Part shown: piece after piece, positions 19,323 to 26,427 of the stretch
How the letters are laid out: each line of letters begins with the position of its first letter
Position numbering within the stretch: position 1 is the first letter of the stretch
Assembly (NCBI GenBank): GCA_964617715.1
Contig: CAZTZN010000004.1
Span: 5,639-69,638 of the forward strand
Source of the DNA: an uncultured Armatimonadia bacterium
GTDB lineage: Bacteria > Armatimonadota > Zipacnadia > Zipacnadales > UBA5352
Reading direction: 5' to 3'
DNA length: 64,000 bases
Translations under genes and position numbers: made by a program
Notes under the pieces: generated by a model
Databases searched by the model: none
The model's input: the letters and a program-made list of their open reading frames with translations, nothing else
Told to the model about the DNA's origin: nothing

Positions 19323-20066
19323 CTATCCTTGCAGCCTCGTCACCCGGATGTTGTCCCACCACAGGTAGGTGCGGAAGGTGCGCAGGCCGATCAGGCCCGA
19401 GGGCCACGGGTCGGGGTCGCGCACGCCCAGCAGGTACCGCTCGTCCACGCTGAAGCGGATGAAATCGTCGCGCCGCTCGATCTCCACGTGGTAGGTCTCG
19501 CCCTGCCGGCAGCGGTAGTTGTAGGTCTCGGCGAGAAGTTCGAAGCCGGGGCAGTGGCGGATGCGGATGCGCGCCGGCGGCGCCTCGCCCTCGGGCATTG
19601 CCTCGGCGGCGGGAGCGTTCAGGAAGGTGATGATGTTGCCGTTGAGGACGTGGTAGCTGGCGTAGGCCGCGTCGGCGCGGTCCGCGCGGCTGTCGTAGAG
19701 GGGCGTGCCGGCAGGATCCGAGAAGAACATGAAAAAGTTGATGTTGTTGACGCCGGTCGATGAGCTGACCACGTGCGCGTCAAACTCGATGCGTACGTTG
19801 CCCTCGATGGGGGTCCTGCACCACACCGTGGCGACGTAGGCACCGCCCGAATCTGCGGGCGCGTCGGCCTTCACGTGCAGGCGGCCATCCTCGACCCAGA
19901 CGCGCTCACCGCCCTCGACCCACCAGTTGTCCATGCCGTGCTCGAAGTCCTCAAACAGCAGGCAGTTCTCGTCCGCAGCCATGGGCGGAGCCTCCTGAGC
20001 GAGCAGCGGTGCCGCGGCGAAGGTGAGCACCAGCAGTGGGGAGCAGGCAGGCGAGTGTCGGCGCAT
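19323..20066 (-). CDS. Secreted DUF1080-like (3-keto-disaccharide-hydrolase-like) concanavalin-fold protein, 247 aa
   Basis: ATG at 20066 lies inside the longer ORF 19323..20747. Signal peptide MRRHSPACSPLLVLTFAAAPLLAQE. The pattern FEDFEHGMDNWWVEGG...GRLHV...IGLRTF is typical of this jelly-roll family. Confidence 0.6.
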   Translation of the reverse strand: MRRHSPACSPLLVLTFAAAPLLAQEAPPMAADENCLLFEDFEHGMDNWWVEGGERVWVEDGRLHVKADAPADSGGAYVATVWCRTPIEGNVRIEFDAHVVSSSTGVNNINFFMFFSDPAGTPLYDSRADRADAAYASYHVLNGNIITFLNAPAAEAMPEGEAPPARIRIRHCPGFELLAETYNYRCRQGETYHVEIERRDDFIRFSVDERYLLGVRDPDPWPSGLIGLRTFRTYLWWDNIRVTRLQG

Positions 20067-20170
20067 CGTGACCACCCTCAAAAGTAGTGCGATGCAGCGG
20101 AAGCTGTCAGGGAAGTATTCCCGCGCGTGGTGCCGGGCTCCTGCCGAGGGTGCGTCCGGGGATTTTCGGT

Positions 20171-20270
20171 GGCGGGTGGGGAGCCGGCCGTCCGGTATCG
20201 TACCGCACCACGAGCGCCCTCCCTTCATCTCAGCCCGGTTGTTTGCCGACAATCGGGATCCACCCCCCCA
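20171..20270 (+). promoter_or_regulatory. Conserved upstream module, copy 1. Core GGTATCGTACCGCACCACGAGCGCCCTCCCTTCATCTCAGCCCGGTTGTTTGCCGACAATCGGGATCCAC.
   Basis: About 80% identical over roughly 75 nt to 35701..35770, with weaker flanking similarity. It sits in the divergent intergenic region, 130 nt upstream of manC. Confidence 0.5.
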
Positions 20271-20397
20271 CGCCGACCCCGCCTTGCCTTGCGGCGCGGG
20301 GGCTGGTAGGATAGCTATGCTGCGCGCGGGCGCGAACTTCCGCGCGCCGCACGTGTCTGATTGTACGCATGGCCACTCGCAATGCGGAGGACAGGCG

Positions 20398-21540
20398 ATG
20401 TCACCTTCGGCGAGCCGACGCATTGCCGTGATCATGGCCGGTGGCGCGGGCGAGCGCTTCTGGCCGATCTCACGGCCCCACCGGCCCAAGCAGCTTCTGC
20501 CGCTGGGGCCGGGCGGGCGCACACTGCTCGCCGACACCGTGCGGCGCATGCACGGGCTGGTCGATGACGATTGTATGCTGGTGGTGACCGGGCGCGAGCT
20601 GCGCGAGCCCATTATCTCCTCGGACATGCCGGTATTCGCCGACCAGGTCATCGCTGAGCCGGCGCGGCGCAACACCATGGGGGCGATCGCCTGGGCGACC
20701 GCGTGGGTGCTCGGACACATGGGCGTGGCCGCCGAGGACGCCATCATGGCCGTGATCCCCGCCGATCACTACGTGGGCGACATGGACGCCTTCCGCGATG
20801 ACGTGGAGGTGGCCATGGCCGCCGCCGAGGAGCTGGGGGCGCTGGTGACCGTGGGCATCCCGCCCACCCGGCCGGAGGTGGGCTACGGCTACATCGAGGT
20901 GGCGCCCGAATCGATCCACCTGCGCGGCCGAGCCGATGGCGACGGCCGAGTGCATGCCGTGGCGCGCTTCCGCGAGAAGCCCGACTTCGAGACCGCCGCC
21001 GAGTTCCTGCGGCGCGGCCACTTCCTGTGGAACAGTGGCATGTTCTTCTGGCGCATCTCGAGCTTCCTCGAGGAGCTGGCCCAGGCCGGTGCCGAGATCG
21101 CGGCGACGATCCGCCGGATGGCCGCGGCCTTGGCCGAGGACGGTCTCGCGGCGGCGGAGCGCCTCTTCGAGACACTGCCCGACATCTCGGTGGACTACGC
21201 CCTGATGGAGCGCGCGCAGCAGGTCGCGGTGGTGCGCGCCGGCTTTCCCTGGGACGACTTGGGCGCCTGGGACGCGTGGCGGCGGGTCGAAGCGGGCGAC
21301 GCGGTCGGCAACGTGACGCACGGTGATCCGCTGCTGATTGACTGTCGCGGCTGCGCGGTCTACGACGAGATGGGGGAGGACGGGCCACCGATCGCGGTCA
21401 TCGGCCTCGACGGGGTGGTGGTCGCGGTGGGGCGTGACGGCGTCCTGGTGGCGCCGCTGTCGCGCGCCCAGGAGGTGCGCGACGTGGCGGCGCGGGTGCA
21501 GCGGCAATCCAACGACGCCGAAGGTCAAGTGGAGGGGTAG
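20398..21540 (+). CDS. manC: Mannose-1-phosphate guanylyltransferase (GDP-mannose pyrophosphorylase), 380 aa
   Basis: ATG at 20398 with GGAGGA at 20385-20390. N-terminal motif IAVIMAGGAGERFWPISR...KQLLPL is the ManC/GMP signature. The stop lies 1 nt before the manB ATG. Confidence 0.85.
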   Translation: MSPSASRRIAVIMAGGAGERFWPISRPHRPKQLLPLGPGGRTLLADTVRRMHGLVDDDCMLVVTGRELREPIISSDMPVFADQVIAEPARRNTMGAIAWATAWVLGHMGVAAEDAIMAVIPADHYVGDMDAFRDDVEVAMAAAEELGALVTVGIPPTRPEVGYGYIEVAPESIHLRGRADGDGRVHAVARFREKPDFETAAEFLRRGHFLWNSGMFFWRISSFLEELAQAGAEIAATIRRMAAALAEDGLAAAERLFETLPDISVDYALMERAQQVAVVRAGFPWDDLGAWDAWRRVEAGDAVGNVTHGDPLLIDCRGCAVYDEMGEDGPPIAVIGLDGVVVAVGRDGVLVAPLSRAQEVRDVAARVQRQSNDAEGQVEG

Positions 21541-21541
21541 C

Positions 21542-22912
21542 ATGGGTGAGGGACGGACGGCGGCCTTCGGGCCGTACGATGTGCGCGGGCGCATCCCCGA
21601 CGAACTCAACGAAGATATCGTCTACGACATCGGCCGCGCGTACGTGAAACTGGTGCGGCCCGAGGGCCCGGTGGCGGTAGGGCGTGATGTCCGTCTGTCG
21701 AGCCCGGAGATGTCGGCGGCGCTGATCCGCGGGCTGACCGACGCCGGCGCGGACGTGCTCGACATCGGCCAAGTGGGCACCGAGGTGGTATACTTCGCCT
21801 CCGCGCTCGAGGGCATGGGCGGCGGGATCATGGTCACCGCCAGCCACAATCCGGCCGACTACAACGGGCTCAAGCTCGTGCGCGCGCACGCCGTCCCCGT
21901 CAGCGGGGACTCAGGACTGCGCGAGATCGAGCGCATGGTGGCGGAGCGTGACGTGGAGAACGCGCCACGCAGGGGCAAGGCGCGGCGCGAGGACCTCAAC
22001 CAGGCCTACATCGACGCGGTGATGCGCTTCGTCGAACCCGACCGGCTCGATCCACTGCACCTGCTGGTCAACGCCGGCAACGGCTGCGCCGGACCGTTCC
22101 TGGACATGATCGCCGAGCGCGTCCCGCTGCGCTTCACACGCATCGACCATGAGCCGGATGGGAGCTTTCCGCGCGGCGTGCCCAACCCGCTGCTGCCCGA
22201 CAACCGCGATCGGACCGCCGATGCGGTGCGCGAAGCGGGCGCGGACCTGGGCATCGCCTGGGACGGCGACTTCGACCGCTGCTTCTTCTTCGACGAGCAC
22301 GCCCAATTCATCGAGGGCTACTACCTGGTGGGCCTGCTGGCGCGACAGATGCTGCGCGGCGCGCCCCCGGGATCGAAGGTCATCCACGATCCGCGTCTGA
22401 TCTGGAACACCATCGAGATCGTGCGGGAGGCCGGCGGGGTGCCGGTGCAGAGCAAGACCGGTCACGCCTTCATCAAGGAGCGCATGCGCGCCGAGGACGC
22501 GGTCTACGGCGGCGAGATGTCGGCCCACCACTACTTCCACGATTTCACCTACGCCGATTCGGGCATGATCCCGTGGCTGGTGGTGGCCTCGATCCTCAGC
22601 GAGACCGGACGCACCATGTCGGACCTGGTGGCCGAGCGGGAGGAGCGCTTCCCGTGCAGCGGTGAACTCAACGAGCCGGTGGCCGACCATGACGCCCAGG
22701 CGGTGACGCTGGAGCGCGTCCGCGACCACTACGTGGCGCTGGGCGGAGGGTTGGACACCACCGACGGCGTGTCCATCGCCTTCGAGCGCTGGCGCTTCAA
22801 TCTGCGCCCCTCGAACACCGAGCCGGTCATCCGCCTCAACCTCGAAACCCGTGGTGACCGTGCGCTGCTCAAGGAGAAGACCGAGGAGGTCCTCGGGCTC
22901 ATCCGCGTCTGA
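21542..22912 (+). CDS. manB: Phosphomannomutase/phosphoglucomutase, 456 aa
   Basis: GGAGGGG at 21531-21537 precedes the ATG at 21542. Active-site block GIMVTASHNPADYNGLK (TASHNP) and a metal-binding loop DGDFDR. Confidence 0.9.
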   Translation: MGEGRTAAFGPYDVRGRIPDELNEDIVYDIGRAYVKLVRPEGPVAVGRDVRLSSPEMSAALIRGLTDAGADVLDIGQVGTEVVYFASALEGMGGGIMVTASHNPADYNGLKLVRAHAVPVSGDSGLREIERMVAERDVENAPRRGKARREDLNQAYIDAVMRFVEPDRLDPLHLLVNAGNGCAGPFLDMIAERVPLRFTRIDHEPDGSFPRGVPNPLLPDNRDRTADAVREAGADLGIAWDGDFDRCFFFDEHAQFIEGYYLVGLLARQMLRGAPPGSKVIHDPRLIWNTIEIVREAGGVPVQSKTGHAFIKERMRAEDAVYGGEMSAHHYFHDFTYADSGMIPWLVVASILSETGRTMSDLVAEREERFPCSGELNEPVADHDAQAVTLERVRDHYVALGGGLDTTDGVSIAFERWRFNLRPSNTEPVIRLNLETRGDRALLKEKTEEVLGLIRV

Positions 22913-23030
22913 CATCGGGCCGCGCGCCTCGCCTCGTCATCGGCGGGCGTACGCACGAAGCCTTGAGCCAACCATCGAGGCGTGGCGGCGCGGGCAGTAG
23001 CGTCTCACATGCCTGGACGGAGCCGACGCC

Positions 23031-24044
23031 GTGAGCAGATCCTCACGACAATCGCCGCTGGATGTCCCGCTGCGCTGCCGTCCGCTGCTCAAGCCCAAGG
23101 TCTGGGGTGGGCGCGGGCTGGCGACGGTGCTGGGGAAGGAGCTGCCGCCCGGCGAGCCGGTGGGCGAGTCGTGGGAGGTGGCCGATGTGCCCGAAGGCAC
23201 CTCCGGCATCGCCGACGGTCCGCTGGCGGGACTGACTCTGCGCGAGGTGAGGGCACGTTTCGGCGATGAGCTGCTGCCCGGGTGGGGCGCCACGCAGTTC
23301 CCGCTGCTGGTGAAGTTCATTGACGCGCAGGAGGACATCTCCATCCAGGTCCACCCCGATGCGGAGGCGTGCCGGCGGTTGTTCCCGGCCGAGCGCTCCA
23401 AGAACGAGACGTGGCTGATCGTGCATGTGGAGCCGGGCGCGGCCGTGCTGCACGGCGTCCGCCCCGGCGTCACCCGCGACGAGCTGTGCGGGCGTATCGC
23501 CGACGGGACGGTGACGCAGGTAATGCGCCGCATTGACGTGCGGCCCGGCGACGTCATCCACCTGCCTGCCGGCACGCTGCACGCGATGCTGCGCGGGGTG
23601 ATGCTGCTTGAGGTGCAGGAACCCTCGGACTCAACCTTCCGCGTCTATGACCACGACCGCGTAGGCCTCGACGGCCGGCCGCGCGAGCTGCACATCGACC
23701 AGGCCCTCGCGACTCTGCGCCTCAACAGCCATGTCCCCGCGCTGATCGATCCGCGCCGCGAGCCACAGGCGTGGGGCGAGCGTGAACTGCTCATCGACTT
23801 TGCGCCCTACCGCGTGGAGCGCCTGACGCTGCGCCGTCCCCTGACCTGGCGACCTGACCCCGACTGCCCCGCGGTGCTGGTGGTGGTGCGCGGTGAGCTG
23901 GAGTTCGAGGCCGGCGGCGTCCGCGGCGCGCTGCGCACGGGGGAGACGACCATCGTGCCGCCGGCCGTCGCGCGCATGACCCTGGTGCCCGGCGGTGAGT
24001 GCCAGGTCGTGGTTGTGCACCCGCGCAGGAGCGCACCGGCCTGA
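23031..24044 (+). CDS. manA: Type I (cupin) mannose-6-phosphate isomerase, 337 aa
   Basis: Motifs LLKPKVWGG, ISIQVHPD, ETWLIV and a His-containing cupin block. The start is assigned to GTG 23031 and could lie slightly downstream. Confidence 0.8.
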   Translation: MSRSSRQSPLDVPLRCRPLLKPKVWGGRGLATVLGKELPPGEPVGESWEVADVPEGTSGIADGPLAGLTLREVRARFGDELLPGWGATQFPLLVKFIDAQEDISIQVHPDAEACRRLFPAERSKNETWLIVHVEPGAAVLHGVRPGVTRDELCGRIADGTVTQVMRRIDVRPGDVIHLPAGTLHAMLRGVMLLEVQEPSDSTFRVYDHDRVGLDGRPRELHIDQALATLRLNSHVPALIDPRREPQAWGERELLIDFAPYRVERLTLRRPLTWRPDPDCPAVLVVVRGELEFEAGGVRGALRTGETTIVPPAVARMTLVPGGECQVVVVHPRRSAPA

Positions 24045-24203
24045 CGGGCGCACGCGTCGCACGAGGCCGCCCCCTCCGCGGGCCGGCCACCTCCAGGATC
24101 GGGGAGACATCGTGCCGCCTTCACAGCCCGTCCGCGGGTTGATGACCATCTCGATCTGCCATCAGGAAGGAGCCTGAGCGCGACGCGACGAACACTCTCA
24201 GCG

Positions 24204-24226
24204 GATATTGTTGCGCACACAACTAC
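24204..24226. promoter_or_regulatory. Candidate MarR operator half-palindrome, ATTGTTGCgcacaCAAC
   Basis: GTTG-N6-CAAC inverted repeat. It shares the ATTGTTGC...CAAC pattern with the site at 24966..24990. Confidence 0.3.
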
Positions 24227-24305
24227 TCGGTGGTGCCGGTGCGCAGGACAGGCAGCGGCGGGTGGTGTGCTGCATGCTTGACCTCGAGCGGTCACGGACG
24301 GCCCG

Positions 24306-24366
24306 CAGGTACGGGAGGGAAGACCTTCGCTGCAATCGGGGCTACTTCGCGGCACAGGGTGAGGCC
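24306..24366. repeat. Imperfect direct repeat of the first ~60 nt of marR (copy A; copy B is 24432..24490)
   Basis: By hand alignment 38 of 58 positions match overall and 24 of 28 at the 3' end (GCTACTT[C/T]GCGGCACAG..GAGG). Random expectation is about 30%. Confidence 0.35.
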
Positions 24367-24426
24367 GGCGCGCCGGGCAGACGCCGATCGGTGATGAGGC
24401 GCAGGCCCCCCCACAAGAGGTCGCGG

Positions 24427-24861
24427 ATGGCCGGACGGTACGTCGGAGCGATCCATCGCTTTGCCCGGCGCTACTTTGCGGCACAGATGGAGGAGCTGAG
24501 CCTCCCCGCGGGGGCCTTCCCGCTCATCTTCCGCCTGCTGCGACGCGACGGCGTCAGCCAGGACGAACTCGCCGATGACTTCCTGGTGGACAAGGGCACT
24601 ACGGCGCGCACCCTGGCGCGGCTGGAGGAGGCGGGGCTGATCACGCGCAGCGTGGACGAGCACGACCGACGGATCAAACGCGTGCGTGTCACCGACCGGG
24701 CACGTGAGATGGCCCCGGCAATCCGGGCCGCGGCGCGCGCATGGAACGACAAGCTGCTCGAAGGCTTCAGCGCCGAGGAGCGGGAGATGGCGCTGAGCTT
24801 CCTGCAGCGGATGACCGACAATGCGCGCCGACATTGGGAGAACATCCAGTCGGACAGGTGA
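24427..24861 (+). CDS. MarR-family transcriptional regulator, 144 aa
   Basis: wHTH pattern ...FPLIFRLLRRDGVSQDELADDFLVDKGTTARTLARLEEAGLITRSVDEHDRRIKRVRVTDRAR. The ORF track begins at TTG 24208, but the first 73 codons are Arg-rich junk; ATG 24427 gives a canonical MarR length. Confidence 0.8.
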   Translation: MAGRYVGAIHRFARRYFAAQMEELSLPAGAFPLIFRLLRRDGVSQDELADDFLVDKGTTARTLARLEEAGLITRSVDEHDRRIKRVRVTDRAREMAPAIRAAARAWNDKLLEGFSAEEREMALSFLQRMTDNARRHWENIQSDR

Positions 24862-24965
24862 CCCCCGCCTCGCCGCACGCCGTGCCGCCGGCAGATTCCC
24901 CCCCGGCACAGATGGGGCCAGCACAAGGCTGTTGCGTTGTCCGTGCATATCTGGTATTGTGCCGG

Positions 24966-24990
24966 ATAATTGTTGCAAGCGCAACGTTTC
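24966..24990. promoter_or_regulatory. Candidate MarR operator: perfect inverted repeat GTTGCaagcGCAAC within ATAATTGTTGCAAGCGCAACGTTTC, about 54 nt upstream of the tolC-like start
   Basis: 5-bp arms with a 4-nt spacer, extendable to TTGTTGC/GCAACgtT. A second GTTGCG copy lies 30 nt upstream. Confidence 0.4.
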
Positions 24991-25041
24991 TTCGCGGGAG
25001 AGGGCACGCAGTTCAAGCGATTGGCGGTCAGGACAGTGCTC

Positions 25042-26427
25042 ATGAAACGTTCAGTGACGCGGTGTCTGAAGCCCCTGCTGTTGGCGTGGTGCCTGCTGAG
25101 CCTCACGAGCCTGCTGTCGGCGCAGGATGACGGGGGCGGACAGCAGGAGGCGCGGGCGGATGCGAATGTGTTGACGATCGCCGACGCGCTGCGACTGGCA
25201 ATCGAACGCAATCCGTCCATCGCGAGCGCCCGGCTGGAGATCGAGGCCCGCCGGGCTGCGCTGGCGGGACAGCGCGGACGTTGGCTGCCCACGCTCACCG
25301 CCGACGCGAGCGCGCGCATTCAGCAGTCGCTCGCCCGCCCGATCAATGTCGGTGGCGGCACCATCGTCACCGCCGGGCAGACCTCGGAGACCAGCGACGT
25401 TGCTCTCACCCTGCGGCAGACCTTCTATCAATCGGGGATCGCCGAGGCGATCGACTCGGCGCACGAGCAGGTGGCGGTGAGCGAGCTGGGGCTCGCCGAC
25501 GCGCGGCGCCGGCTGCTGGTGCAGGTCGCCGCGACCTTCTCGACCATCCTCGCGGACCAGTTGCTCGTGGATGTGGCCGAGCAGGCGGTCAGCGCCGCCG
25601 AGCTGCATCTGCAGCTCGTCGATGCCCGCATCGACGCCGGCACTGCGGCCCCGGCCGACCGACTCCCGGTCGAGGTGGAGCTGGCCGACGCGCGCTACGG
25701 TTCGGTCAGTGCCGCGAACGCCGTCTGGCAGGCCATCGCCGACCTGCGGGCATTGCTCGCGCTCCCGCCCGACGAGCTACCCCTGATCCGGGGCACACTG
25801 GAGATCACCCCCGAAGACACCGATCTGACCGGATGGATTGAGCGCGCCATGGCCAACCGGCCGGACCTTGAGGCCCAACGCCGCCGCGTGCGCCTGGCGG
25901 AGCTGTCGGTGCGGCAGGCCCGGATCGACGGGGGCCTCACCCTCCAGGCATCCGGCCAGGCCGACTACGGCCGGCACACCGGGACAACCGGCGAGACCTG
26001 GGCCCTGATGGCCGGGGTCAGCTATCCGCTCTTCAACGGTCCGGCCCGGGCCAACATCGAGCAGGCGAAGGCCAACCTCGAGGCCGCCCGCCAGGGGCTG
26101 GCAGAGATGGAGCTGGCGGTGGCCCGGGAGGTCAGCCGGGCGTGGTACGGCCTCGACGACGCCAGCCAGCGCGTCGAGATGGCGACGGTGTCACTGGCGG
26201 CAGCGACCACCAACCTCGAGGCCGCCCGGGCGCGTTACGCCGAGCAGGTCGGCACCATCGTAGAGGTGACCGACGCCGAGCTGAGCTGGCGGCGCGCCGG
26301 CGTGCAGCTCGTGCAGTCGCGCTTCGATCGCAGCATCGCGTATTACCAGCTTCTCGCGGCCAGCGGCGCTCTGGAGCTGCCCTTACCGCCCGAGGCCGAC
26401 GAATCCGGGACGGTGATTGAGCCATGA
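25042..26427 (+). CDS. TolC-family outer-membrane efflux protein, 461 aa
   Basis: Signal peptide MKRSVTRCLKPLLLAWCLLSLTSLLSAQ. Two repeated coiled-coil/beta-barrel halves (LTIADALRLAIERNPSIASARLEIEA...). ATGA overlap with the next gene at 26424-26427. Confidence 0.8.
   Translation: MKRSVTRCLKPLLLAWCLLSLTSLLSAQDDGGGQQEARADANVLTIADALRLAIERNPSIASARLEIEARRAALAGQRGRWLPTLTADASARIQQSLARPINVGGGTIVTAGQTSETSDVALTLRQTFYQSGIAEAIDSAHEQVAVSELGLADARRRLLVQVAATFSTILADQLLVDVAEQAVSAAELHLQLVDARIDAGTAAPADRLPVEVELADARYGSVSAANAVWQAIADLRALLALPPDELPLIRGTLEITPEDTDLTGWIERAMANRPDLEAQRRRVRLAELSVRQARIDGGLTLQASGQADYGRHTGTTGETWALMAGVSYPLFNGPARANIEQAKANLEAARQGLAEMELAVAREVSRAWYGLDDASQRVEMATVSLAAATTNLEAARARYAEQVGTIVEVTDAELSWRRAGVQLVQSRFDRSIAYYQLLAASGALELPLPPEADESGTVIEP

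Noticed and set aside
24208-24426. Upstream extension of MarR from the TTG at 24208
   Set aside because: It would add 73 Arg-rich low-complexity residues to a family with a tightly conserved length of about 145 aa.
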